A stretch of DNA of 64,000 bases from the human T2T-CHM13v2.0 reference genome, Homo sapiens: assembly GCF_009914755.1 (NCBI RefSeq), contig NC_060929.1; one strand, given 5' to 3'. Below are positions 12,266-24,807 of the stretch, in pieces; the first letter of the stretch is position 1; the number at the start of each line of letters is the position of its first letter. A program made the translations under genes and the position numbers. A model generated the notes under the pieces. That model made no database searches, had not been told where the DNA came from, and worked only from the letters and a program-made list of their open reading frames with translations.

Positions 12266-12748
12266 TGTAGCAGGACGAGCTGCAGACAAAATCCCTCAGA
12301 CACCAAGATAGTGAAGGGAGTGGCTTTAATCAGCTGGAAGCATCGGCAGACTAGCGTCTTAAAATCCAGGCTTCTCAGGTGCACAGTTTCTGTCTCACAA
12401 TGCTAAGGGTTTCACATGAGAGGGTCATGATTGATTGAGCAAGCCAGGGGGTATGTGACAGGGGCTGCAGGCATTGGTGGTCAGAGTGAAACAGAACAGA
12501 TCGGGAAGTTTCACAATGTCTTTCCATACAATGTCTGGAATCTATAGATAACATCAGTTGCTAGGTCAGGGGTCTTTTAACTACCAGGCTTAGGTCAGGC
12601 AGGCCCGGGCCTGGTTTTGAGTCTGGTTCCTTGGTTTCAGGTCTGGTTCCTAGGCACAGGGCTACCTGCCTTTAGTTTCACTTCTCTTTCCTTTTCTGAG
12701 TATAAAACCACATAAAACAATATGAAAGGGTCTGTCTCTCTTCTCTCA
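12266..12748 (-). repeat. 5' LTR of the nested provirus
   Basis: Copy of 6347-6840 lacking about 12 bp (CTTCTTAAGGGC). The minus strand ends CTCGTCCTGCTACA, an LTR2-like terminus. Confidence 0.88.
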
Positions 12749-12752
12749 CTAC

Positions 12753-13525
12753 AACCAGTGGTATACCTAAGTAAAGAAATGATATAGTAGCAAATGGCTG
12801 GCCTCATTGTTTAAGGGTAGTTGTGGTGGTGGCCATCTTAGTGTCAGAGGCTATCAAAATAATACAAGGAAAGGATCTCACTGTGTGGACTACTCATGAT
12901 ATAAATGGCATATTAACTGTCAAAGGAAGTGTATGGCTATCAGACAACCACTTACTTAGATACCAGGTGCTACTCCTTGAGGGACCAGTGCTTCAAATAT
13001 GTATGTGCATAGCCCTCAACCCTGCCACTTTTCTGTCAGAGGATGGGGAACCAACCAAGCATGACTGCCAACAAATTGTAGTCCAGACTTATGCTACCCA
13101 AGATGATCTCTTAGAAGTCCCCTTAGCTAATGCTGACCTTAACTTATATACCGATGGAAGTTCATTTGTGGAGAATGGGATACAAAGGGCAGATTATGTG
13201 ATAGTTAGTGATGTAACCATACTTGAAAGTAAGCCTCTTCCCCCAGGGACCAGTGTAAGCCTCTTCCCCCTGGGACCAGCACCGAGTTAGCACTTACCCG
13301 AGCCTTAGAACTGGGAAAAGGAAAAAGAACAAATGTGTATACAGATAGCAAGTGTGCTTACCTAATCCTACATGCCCATGCTGCAATATGGAAAGAAAGG
13401 GCATTCCTAACATCTGGGGGAACCTCCATTAAATATCACAAGGAAACCATGGAGTTATTGCATGCAGTGCAAAAACCCAAGGAGTTGGCAGTCTTATGCT
13501 GCCAAAGCCATCAAAAGGGGAAGGA
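12753..13525 (+). pseudogene. pol: ERV9 pol, 3' part (tether and RNase H)
   Basis: LYTDGSSFV, YTDSK, HAHAAIWKER, C.SHQKG. No integrase follows. Confidence 0.9.
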
Positions 13526-13556
13526 GAGGGGAGAACAGCAGCACAAGCAGCTGGCA

Positions 13557-13845
13557 GAGGCAAGGAAAGACCAGCAGAAAGGAAAGAGAAAGAGACAGAA
13601 AGAGAGAAAGAAAAAGAAAGAGAGACAAAGTCAAAGACAGAAGGAAAGAGAGAAAGAGACAGAAAGTCAGAGAAAGAGAAAGAGAGGAAGAAACAGAGAT
13701 AAAGAGAAGGAGAGAGAGGAAGAGACAGAGAGACGGAAAGTCAAAGAGAGGAAGACACAGACAAAGAGGGAGTCAGAAAGACAGAGACACAAAGAAGAAG
13801 AGAAATAAAGAGAGATGGAAGTAGTAAAGAAAAAAAGAAAAAAAT
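13557..13845 (+). repeat. GA-rich low-complexity tract
   Basis: About 290 bp of nearly pure AGAG/AAAG/ACAG. Confidence 0.9.
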
Positions 13846-14330
13846 AGTGTACCCTATTCCTTTAAAAGCCAGGGTAAATTTAAAACCTATAATTGATAAT
13901 TGAACGTCTTCTCTGTGACCCTATAACATTCCAATATCACCTTGTTGTCAGTGTAAACAAGGGTGTAGCCCGAAAGCACTGAGGCCACTGACAACCCATA
14001 GCCTTCCTGTCAAAAATCCTTAACACCGCAGGTTTCCTAACAGGGGATCTAAATCTTAACTAATTACCATACAAAGGTCCAACCAGATCTAGGAGGAACT
14101 TCCTTCAGGACAGGATGATAGATGGTTCCTCCTGGGCAATTAAGGGAAAAAGACACAATAGGTATTTAGTAAGTGATAAGGGAACGCTTGTAGAAGCAGA
14201 GTTAGGAAAATTGCCTAATAATTGGTCTGCTCAAGCGTGTGAGTTGTTTGTACTCAGCCAAATCTTAGAGTACTTACAGAATCAGGAAGGATCCATCTAT
14301 ACTAATTCTAAGTCAATAAGGACTGAACGA
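13846..14330 (+). pseudogene. Second, HERV-I/IP-like tether/RNase H fragment
   Basis: IDGSS...LPNNWSAQACEL...IYTNSK RNase H motifs, distinct from the preceding ERV9 RNase H. Confidence 0.7.
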
Positions 14331-14499
14331 GTTCTTACTAACAGCAAAGAAAAATTAAAATCCCCAAACTTACAAGGTTTTCAAAAAAAGTAAAGTTTGC
14401 TAAAAGTTAACAGTGTAACATGTATTATCCTAACTTCTAATCTTATGGAAATCAGACCCTATCAGTACCCCTCAAAGCTCAAGTCTGTCAGTGCAGAGC

Positions 14500-15210
14500 C
14501 ATACAACTAATACCCCTACTTATATGGTTAAGAATGGCCATGGCTACAGAAACTGGAATCGCAGGTTTATCTACTTCATTATCCTACTACCACACACTCT
14601 CAAAGGATTTCTCAGACAGTTTGCTAGAAATAACGGAATCTATCCTTACTCTACAATCTCAAATAGACTCTTTGACAGCAGTGACTCTCCAAAACCGCTG
14701 AGGCCTGGACCTCCTCCCTGCTGAGAAAGGAGGACTTTGCACCTTCTTAGAGGAAGAGTGTTGCTTTTACACTAACCAGTCAGGGATAGTATAAAATGCC
14801 ACCTGGCATTTACAGGAAAAGGCTTCTGAAATCAGACAACGCCTTTCGAACTCTTATACCAACCTCTGGAGTTGGACAACATCGCTTCTCCCCTTTCTAG
14901 ATCCCATGACAGCCATCTTGCTATTACTCGCCTTCAGGCCCTGTATTTTTCCCCTCCTTGTCAAATTTGTTTCCTCTAGGATCAAGGCCATCAAGCTACA
15001 GATGGTCTTACAAATAGAACCCCAAATGAGCTCAAGTAACAACTCCTACTGAGGACCCCTGGACTGACCTGCTGGCCCTTTCACTGGCCTTAAGAGTTCC
15101 CCTCTGGAGGACACTACAACTGCAGGACCCCTTCTTTGCCCCTATCCAGCAGGAAGTAGCTAGAGCAGTCATCGCCCAATTCCCAACAGCAATTGGGGTG
15201 TCCTGTTTAG
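14500..15210 (+). pseudogene. env: ERV9 env TM remnant
   Basis: [25 protein letters not shown] at 14687-14764, followed by a hydrophobic TM segment and cytoplasmic tail. SU is mostly missing. Confidence 0.88.
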
Positions 15211-15217
15211 AGAGGAC

Positions 15218-15622
15218 TGTCTGTAAAATGGACCAATCAGCAGGATGTGGGCAGTGCCAAATAAGGGAATAAAAGCTTGCCACCCAAGACAGCAGTGGCA
15301 ACCAGCTTATGTCTCATTCCACGCTGTGGAAGCTTTGTTCTTTGGTTCTTCACAATAAATCTTACTGCTGCTCACTCTTTGGGTCTGCACTACCTTTATG
15401 AGCTGTAACACTCACCATGAGGGTCTGAAGCTTCATTCCTGAAGTTAGCAAGACCATGAACCCACTGGAAAGAAGAAACTCAGGACACATCTGAACATCT
15501 GAAGGAACAAACTCTGGATACACCATCATTAAGAACTATAACACTCACCGCGAGGGTCCACGGCTTCATTCCAGAAGTCAGCAAGACCAAGAACCCACTG
15601 GAAGGAACCAATTCTGAACAAA
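15218..15622 (+). repeat. LTR12 3' LTR, U3-deleted
   Basis: Aligns with the 5' LTR from about 1865 onward and has two U5 repeat units. Followed by TSD AAAC. Confidence 0.9.
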
Positions 15623-16296
15623 AAACAATAATTAATGAAGTCCTCTCTACATCTCAAGCAACATTTTATTACCCAAAAAACATATAATTCCTTTATCTTC
15701 TCCTATATTTTATGAAAACAGATATTGAACCCAATTTCATTAATATAATATTACTTTTTTATTTGTTTTACCTGCATTCATATTTTAATTCAATTGTTCA
15801 TTCAACAAACATTTAAATAAAGACCCAAGAGTTAGTAGGCAATTTTAAAGAAAATTTTAAAGATAAATGAAGGTCTAGGTTACATTGTTCTATTATTGAT
15901 CTTGTTAACATAAATAATTTATAGGCAGACAATTTCAGATAACATGCAATAACTCCATGGTTTCCTTGTGATATCTTCTCTTTATATCAGTTTAAAAATT
16001 TGTGTAGGAAAATTTGTATCTTCAGTCGTCATGTCACAATCTAAAATATTTTAAAGAGGGCTATGTTTTGTTTTTGTGATCTTTCTTAATGTAAGTACAG
16101 GAATTAAGGCTTTAAAAGACTATATTAATGTACAAACATCACAGAAAAAGGAAAATGTATCCCACATACTAATCATGTGCTTTTATTGTCATGAAACAAA
16201 AATCAACACAAGAAACAATTTTTCCAGGAGTCTAACAAGTATGAAATGGAATACCTTAACATTGGTTTTAATTAGGTAAACATTTTCTTAGCCAGA

Positions 16297-17700
16297 TATA
16301 TTAGTTTCCAAGGATTGCCATAACAAACTGCCGCAAACCAGGATGCTTAAAGAAAAACATGTTGCCTCACAATTCTGAAGGCTAAAAGTCTGAAAGCAAG
16401 ACTTCAGCAGGGTCATGCTGCCTCTCAAATCTGTGGGGGAATTCTTCATCACCTCTATAGCTGGTGATGCTCTGTCAGCTATCTTTGGTGTTCTGTGGCT
16501 TGCAGCTACGTAACTCTAATCTCTGCTTAGTCATCTTATGGCATTCTTCCAGTGTATCTCTGTTTTCACATGTCTTCTTATAAGAACATCAGTCATATTG
16601 CATAAGAAGTTCTCATCTTCATTTAACTAATTACATCTTCACTGATCCTATTGACCAGGTCAAATTCTGATACTGGGGACTTGGCACTTTTCAACATATA
16701 TTTTTGGAGGGGCCATTATTTGATCTGTAAGAGTCTACCCTCTGGCCCCTCAAATTTTATTTCATTTCCACTTGCAAAATATATTTATCCCATCCTAACA
16801 CCCTCAAAAGTCTTAACCCACTCCAGCATCATCTCTAAGTCCAAAATCATGTGTTTTAAACCATGTAACTCAGTTATGGTAGAGATTTGGGGCATGATTC
16901 ACCAGAGACAAATCTCCCCTCCATCTGTAAACCTGCTAATTCAGACAGAAAGTTGTCTATTTCCAGAATAAAATGGAGTAACCGTCTTTTGGCTGTGGGC
17001 AGTGACCCCACTTCCTACTCTCTGAGCCAGTGGGTTCTGTCCCCATGGTGGCAGTGGCAGTCCCAACGGCCTCTGAAACACCCTGAGGGTCTTTCTTCCC
17101 TTTTTGTTTTAACAATAAGACATGTTTGCAGGGAATTGCTGTCAGCCCACAACCTGCCTTTAGAATCCCAGATGTCCAACAGCCTTAATTCACTTCTTTC
17201 CCATCTCCGTCCCCTTCAGATCAAGCTGACAGTCTTTCTGAGATGATTAATTGACTCCATAAATCATACACTTAATATTTTTAGCAAAGAGTTGTACAGC
17301 CTCACCCTTGCTGTTCTCTCTAGGGCACACTTTCTCATTTCTTGCAATATGGATAGGCTGAGAATTGTTCAAATCTTCAAGTTCCAGATTGTTGTTGTGT
17401 AACAATTCATTCCTTAACTTACCTTTTCTCTTGCATTTTACTATAAGCAACAAGAAGAAACCAGGCAGTGTTTTCCACACTTTGCCTCGGAATTTTTTTC
17501 ATATGAAATATCTACATTCATTACATACAAGTTTTATTTTCCTATCAATAGTAGAAAATAATCTAGCCATATTCTCTACCACTTCACAACAAAGTCTTCC
17601 CTCCAGTTTCTAATGCATCTTCCATCTTCCTCATTTCCATCTGAGACCTTAATAAAAGGATCTTTAACATTCATATTTCGAGCAACATTCTGATCATTAG
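16297..17700 (-). mobile_element. MLT1 (MaLR) LTR plus adjacent internal fragment
   Basis: TATTAGTTTCCAAGGATTGCCATAACAAAC is an MLT1 terminus (LTR to about 16730). It is followed by MaLR-internal-like CCCTCAAAAGTCTTAACCCACTCCAGCATC. Confidence 0.7.
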
Positions 17701-20700
17701 TATTACTGATATTGTTGCAAAGATAAGAATGCTATGATTAATTTTGAATGCTATGATTTAATTTTTATAATTAAAATTGTTTTTGCCATAGGCAGTGCTG
17801 TGGAATTATGGCATCTCAATCAAATGTTTGCCGAGGTTTGGGGTATGCATTTTCTACTACTGAAGACAATCTTGGTGGGGTCTGTTCACAACTCTGGAGC
17901 TTTATTTCTGGTGCAGAAGTGAAGACTCTTTTCTTTGACTGAAAGCAATCACTGGTTTTCTTTTCTTTTCTAAACTTCAAAATGTAACATTTTATTCATG
18001 CCCCAAGATAACTCAATGGCTTGTATTGGACAAGCATGGAATGCCTTTATTGAACATACTTGCCTCAAGTACAAATTATACCTATATTGAAAAGAAAAGG
18101 GCCTGTAGTCGATCATAGTAAAATGCTCCTCACAATTCCACTATCTAATATCTTGCATTTGCAGAAGATAGGAGCCTGTACATTGAAATTCCACATAACA
18201 GAGATGAAACCTTTCTACCATTTCATGATACCTATTAGACAATTTAGCAGAGATATTTAAAATACATAACAACTGTTTGAGCAGAGACACTAATTAATCA
18301 GAAGAGACACTACCCTAAAACAACCAGTATAACTCTACCAATACAGATCAACTGGATGCTTCCCTTAGGCCACACTAATGTTTATATTTGAGGTTGTTAT
18401 TTCTGTGAATTTATGTGTCATTTTTCTGTAACATGGATCTCCTGGATATATTAATAAAGAAAAACATATAACATTATTTTCAATTTTGAGAACTTATTAG
18501 TGGTTCCTTTTCAAAAGTTCTGGGTGTGTATTCTGAGATGCTTCTAACTGGTTAGCAGTTTTATAATATGTTCATATTATTATGAGACTTAATTTATTTA
18601 CTAATGACATAGATGCAAAAATTTATTTACCATGACATAGATGCAGAAATTAAAACCATATGAATCTATATTATCTTCGTAACCTTTTCCAAGATAATAA
18701 TGCTAAGATATTCCTCCAAGTTAGCCATACTCCAATATGTCCAATGAAATTTGCATTATTTTTAATTTGAATATTAAAGGATTTATTCTTATATATTTTC
18801 TTTTAGGAGATATATTGCACAGTAGTTTTTTAAGGGAATTCATTGCATTTCTTTGATTGATCCTTATTAAGTCCATTAGGTGTTTCACACAGAAGGTATT
18901 ATAAACTGTTAGGGATAGGCCATATTTTTTCTTAAATAAATAAAGAAAAAATGATTTTTTTTTACCCTTTGTCCTGTGTTTTCCTTAAATGGGTATTACT
19001 CAAGAATAAAAAGATAATAATGCCATTGCCTGTTTTAAAATCAATTTAATGGACATCTAGGGTAGAAAAAGCATCTCAATTCATGCTTTTTCCTGTCCTT
19101 ATAAAGCCATTTATTTGGCCCATCTGATTTTCTTACCTCTCTAATGCCAACTTACACCTCCTTTAGTGATATAATACTCAAATGATTCCTGAGTGCTTCT
19201 ATCGTGAAACTATAATACATTTTGCTATTATTATTGTTGTTCAAAGGAGAGACACATGGACATGTCAAGGAGTCTGGATTCTACAACACAAAAGAACCAT
19301 CTATTCTCTAAAATTGTGTATATAAATTACCGCTGTGCTGAAGTGTTTCAATGGCATTCTAGTGGAATTTGGAGCAGTTACAAACTTCCCACATCATTCC
19401 AGAGAATAGTTAGTTCTCAAAGTTTTAGACAAGGTTATTCTATTTAACTCCATTTAATCCACTACTTTAAGTAAAACAGAATGTGAAATTTTTTGTAAAT
19501 ATTTGTAAAGTAAATATTTGTTAAATAATCCTAACAGAGGTGTTTTGTTGTGTGTCTGCTCTTATCATTGCTAGTGCTATTATTGCTCCAAAATCTTTTT
19601 ATCCAGTTCTACCCTTTTAAATTCTCTGTAGCCAGTTCATAGGAGGAGCTCTATTTCCTCCATTCAAGGTTAGCAAAACATGCCAGCCTCTACCCTTCTC
19701 CTTTCATCTCTGAGGGGAGTCATACCAACAGAAGTGGTTTTACAAGAGACCATAAGATGGTTGTCTGTATGAATTAAAAAACACATATCTTGGTATATGT
19801 TGTGTTTAAAAGTTCCTTGGCTAATATAAATTGATTTCTCCAAAGCTTTTGTGTTATTATTATTATTAGTCTCACTACACATGCAATTTAGGCTGTCCCT
19901 TCCTAAATAAACTTCTAAAGGCATGCAGGAATATTATTTTGTTTGCAAAGACAATTTAATATACTTCAGCATGTTCTATCAAGTTGATAATGAACAGAGT
20001 TGATGGTTTCACTTGAGTCAAAAGATCAGTTTTTAAATGATTTAAAATTAGTTGTGGCCCCACCCATGATCCTGCCCTAGGAGTCCCAATGTCGCAGAGT
20101 GCTAAGACTGACATCATCTTAGAAAAAAAATTTTCTCAGCATCTCTGACACCTGTCTTTGTGTCTTGTTATCCACTTTAACCATTCTACCATCTGTCTCA
20201 CCACCTAAGTGACCTATAATTAAGAACTTTGAAGAAAATCCACTCTACATTATGATTGTACCGTCTTTCACGGCCCTCAAACTATAACGTTTCTGTTCTT
20301 GCTGTTAGTCTAGATTCCTCTGTATGCATGCATGGAAAGGACTGGCATGTGTGCAGAATAACCTTACTTCCTTAATGACCACTAATTATGCATTTTGTTT
20401 TTCAAAAGACACAGTTATATGACAACCACACAGCTGCTTCCCTAAGAAAGAAGAAAACATGTTTTAGAAAATGATTAAACTGGTGAAGATATTTTGGTTT
20501 ATTATATTTGCCTACTAGGAATATGATACAATTTTAGTTTTTCTTCACTTGATTTTCTAATACCATAAAGGTGCTTTTAATTTTCTTTGAAAGTGCATAA
20601 TATCACTCTCATTTCAGTGTATTTCTAATGTAATATAAAATGTTTGGGTCATATAAAATATGTGTTTTTAAGGAAAAACAAGAATGGCTAACTTGAAAAA

Positions 20701-23438
20701 TCTGCCGAGAAAGATCAATTATACATTGTGAATAATGTAAAATTTCATGAATTTTTATTTTAATATCTGTATTCTAAATGCCAGATGTTCCATAATGATA
20801 AATCCTGTGAGAGGAAGAACTTTTCTCACTTCATTTTTAATGATTTTAAAATTTATTCAACTCAGAGATTTGTTAAAAGCACTGCAGTTATCTTCTTGAA
20901 TTTGCATATTTCCTGCTTCTTAAGACAACACACTGCCATTTGGAGTAACATCTATGGCAAATTAAACCACATGATTTGGAAGTATAAAGTCAAATATCAC
21001 TAAATAAAGGGGAGATGGGGAAAAAGTGTTTAGGCTGTTCCAAAATATTTCTGTTAACTCCCACTCATATAAAGTCTGGCATCTTTAGAAACATTCTAAC
21101 TTTTTAATGGAGGATCATCTGAAGGATGGTAAACGTGTACAGCTACTTAGGTGCTGCTTGAATCCTCTGCGTATCCTTGAACACTGGTATAGAGAGGAAA
21201 TTGCCTACATTGCAACCCTTCTAATTCAATTTTGGGCAATATTTACTTGTTGATGTTTGGCATTATTGCATTTTTCTCTTGTGTTATTGTTAGAATGAGC
21301 TTACCTAGAAGTGAATCTAAATCTCTCTCCCAACTCCCATTCTTATGAGTAAGTTTTAAACCCTTGGGAGTAAGAAATTTCTCAGAACAAAACCTCTTTC
21401 CCATCACAGTCCAGCAACAATGTGAATACAAATGCTCTTTCCCATATTAAACATTTCTAACTCTACAACTCCTGAAATGACAGGAGCATTTTAATCCCGT
21501 TAACATCCTGGTGGTACTCCCAGACTTTTTTTTATTATACTATATTGACTTATTGTCATATTATGTGAAATAAATGGAGCTTTGCCACTATAAGCTATTA
21601 CTGCTGACCATCTGAGTGAGTGATAAAGAGAATATGATGATGAATAAAACATTTGGAGTATGGAAAGATGACCTTAGTTAATGCACTTAATTCCTCAGTG
21701 CTTATTTTAAAAAATAATGTATTAAAATCATGTTGATAGCCAGCTATGATACTTATCACTGTCGGTGCATATTGTTAAGCTATATAATCTTGGGATATAT
21801 TTGAGAAGGACTATAAATTATGCATTGAATACAGTATCTCTACTTGTGAGGTTAACTATGACTCCTTATAATATATATTTATGTATGCATGCTGGTATGC
21901 TTGCATATATACATATATACACATGCATACTTACACATATGTACATGTGTGCAGCACATGGAATATGAAGTCTGTTGTCTAAGGAAGTTTCTGATAAAAG
22001 GTTCAAAAATATTAATTATTATATTTAAACTGACTGATCCTTGAATGACAAAAATACAATAAACTCCAATAGAGAAAAATAGCATGAAAGTACTTTCATC
22101 CTTCTTTCTTTATTGTTTATTCTTCTTCACTCACTTTGAATAAATCAATGAGCAGAAACGAAATGAGCATGTGAAGCTTTTAAAGGCCAGCTGCTGCTCC
22201 TGGCATGTATTTGAAGCTAATGGCTAATCTTCAAGTACAATGCCGATTTTGCTAAAACCTGAATCCTCTTTCATTCTGACAGCTTAAGTTTCTGAGCCAA
22301 AATCAAGGGACAGTTCTTGGATTTCTGAATCTCTTGTTTGAGAGCAGTGTAGGATAAACAGATGCAGTGTAGGATAGAAAGAAAATGTTGATTACCCTCA
22401 ATCCGGTCTGAATGATGTTTTATCTTTATGTTATTATTTTAAGAGAAAAATTATAGATAATTATCAAAGATGTGCTCTGTATTTGCATATTGTATATGTT
22501 TCAATTTCATTATTTTTACATAAGAACTAGAAATATTTGAAATCTATATTATAACATCACTTTAAAACATTTTACTAACATGTACACAATATTTACTTGT
22601 TGATATTTGGCATTATTGCATTTTTCTATTTGATGTTTGTGTCATTTTTCAATAATTTCTAAATTGCATAATTCAGAATCTGTGACATACAGCATTTTCA
22701 TAGGATACTGCAAAAGGTATTTTGCCAGTTACAAAACTAATATATTTGAGTCATAATGGTAATTAGACTTCAGTTTTCAATTTTTTCGGGTTTTAGAAAA
22801 CATCCATCTAACAATGTTCAAATGAAACAAACTGGACAATTTATTGACAATTTAATGAAATGAACTGTTCAAGCTGACGGCTTTTTGAATTGACTAGCAA
22901 TCAGTCTGGTGAATTATGTTAGACTGTTTCACAGTCCGTCTGCCATTTTACTTCTCTTGAGGATTCATATCAGTTGCCAAAGCAGATTAAGAAGTATAGG
23001 TTATACTGTCACTATCAGTATGTATATATATATAAATGCATATGGTACATTACATATACATGCATGCATATGCATATTTCTGTCCACTTAAGTGTCTGCA
23101 GATGTACATGTAAACCTATGTAATTGTTCTACATATTAAAAGAGTTTGACTAGAGTAGAGGGAAAGAACATAATGCACAGGTCACACACAAAATGTGTAT
23201 ATATATAAATAACATATATATAAAATTTTATATGGTGAGCATATGTAAAACCTATGCTCATTTTTCGAATTAGCATCTCAATCTATCTCATTATAAATTG
23301 CTACTGAATTTTCATTTCTCAATTTCTCACTTTGAGAAATTTTCATTCCTCAAAGTTCCAATTAGAAACTTCATGAGTAGACAGTAGTACCACATTATGA
23401 AACAAATCTGTATTAATGTTTGAATAAAATTTTGTCTT

Positions 23439-23741
23439 GGCTGGGCATGGTGGCTTGTGCCTGTAATCCCAGCACACTGGGAAGCCGAGGCAGGCAGATC
23501 ATTTGAGGTCAAGACTTCGAGACCAGCCTGGCCAACATGATGAAACCCCGTCTCTGCTAAAAATACAAAAATTAGCCGGGTGTGGTGGCGAACGCCTGCA
23601 ATCCCAGCTACTAGGGAGACTGAGGCAGGAGAATTGCTTGAACCCGGGAGGTTGCAGTGAGTGAGATCCTGCAACTGCACTCTGGCCTGGGCAATAGAGC
23701 GAGACTCAGTCTCAAAAACAAAACAAAACAAAACAAAAAAA
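23439..23741 (+). mobile_element. Alu (S-type)
   Basis: GGCTGGGCATGGTGGC start, dimer structure, (CAAAA)n tail. Confidence 0.95.
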
Positions 23742-24699
23742 TCTCTTATTAAAAATGATGAAAAATAATAAAATTAGAGTAGAGTAGAAGTATTTTTAGT
23801 ACAATTAATTTAGAAAAATATAAAAGATATAATATTTATAAGAAAGATGCAAAATATCATTTTTATAAGATTTTACTTGATGTCTGTTAAACCTGTGAAA
23901 ATAATTCAGGTAAACATTTAGAAATTTCATGAGACAGACTTTCTCTTTGCCCCCAACCTTAGTAACTATGCTATTATCCTTAGTAACTCCATCATTCACA
24001 GGGATGATTCAACCAAACTGCTGGAGAGTCAGTTTGCTGATTTGCTTGCTTATCTTCACTCAACCTCCTTATCCTCTCCTGAGGTTATACTCCAAACTCA
24101 CACCTTAAATGTCCATCACTCTCTTCTCTATTTCTAGATCAAGTTACAGTCACAGAAACTCTTTTTACCCCTGAGTCCACAACTTACCCTCTTGTTCTGG
24201 CTTCTTCCTTTTCAGTATATATTAATTCTATTGTTCATAATTAAAATGTGTTACTTATGAATATTTCCAATCTCATTTTCCCTCAATTTATCTTACATAC
24301 AAATTTCACAAATCACCAAACTTGGATCTCTCTGATGAGCCATGTCTGCACAAAAACTTTGAGAAATTTCTGAAATAAATTGTACACTGAATGGAAGGAA
24401 TACAGTAATTAAGAAAAAAAAATTCTAGCATTCAATACCAACAATTATGCTTTTAAAGAATGTAAATGTAGGAAAATTTCCCATTTGTAATAGCAATAAA
24501 AATATAAGTGACAAGCAAGCGATATGCCAAACTTATGCTAGATAATTATAAACGGAACCGAATATGAAAAAAAGAACATTTGAATTAATGGAAACATACA
24601 TTTTTTTCTTGGATAGAAACTCTCAATGTTGTAAAGATTATAAATAGATACATTTATTTATAAATTTAAGCTGGATTAAAGCATCTATAGGGTGATGGG

Positions 24700-24807
24700 G
24701 GGGGTCTCGCTATGTTGCCCAGGCTGGTCTTGAACTCTTGGCAAGTGAGCCTCCTGCCTCAGCCTTCCAGAGCATTGGGATTATAGGCAGGAACCACCAC
24801 ATCCGGT
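24700..24807 (-). mobile_element. FLAM / Alu left monomer
   Basis: GGGTCTCGCTATGTTGCCCAGGCTGGTCTTGAACTC...GGGATTATAGGC. Confidence 0.85.

Larger units (their letters stand above)
6347..12748 (-). mobile_element. Harlequin/HERV-E-like provirus nested antisense in ERV9 pol
   Basis: Paired LTRs with TG...CA ends, Glu PBS, PPT and HERV-E-like env. TSD CCAC (6343-6346) / CTAC (12749-12752). Host pol resumes at QPVVYLSKE. Confidence 0.9.
1592..15622 (+). mobile_element. ERV9 (HERV9/LTR12) defective provirus, interrupted in pol by a second provirus
   Basis: Two related LTRs, Arg PBS, and gag-pro-pol-env remnants in order. The 4-bp TSD AAAC lies at 1588-1591 and 15623-15626. Confidence 0.93.

Noticed and set aside
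13335-13824. Lys/Arg/Glu-rich ORFs
   Set aside because: Translation of a GA-rich low-complexity tract.
19125-21310. Isolated minus-strand donor-like motifs (AG|GTAAGA at about 19135, AG|GTAAGC at about 21303)
   Set aside because: No convincing paired acceptor or coding frame; expected by chance.
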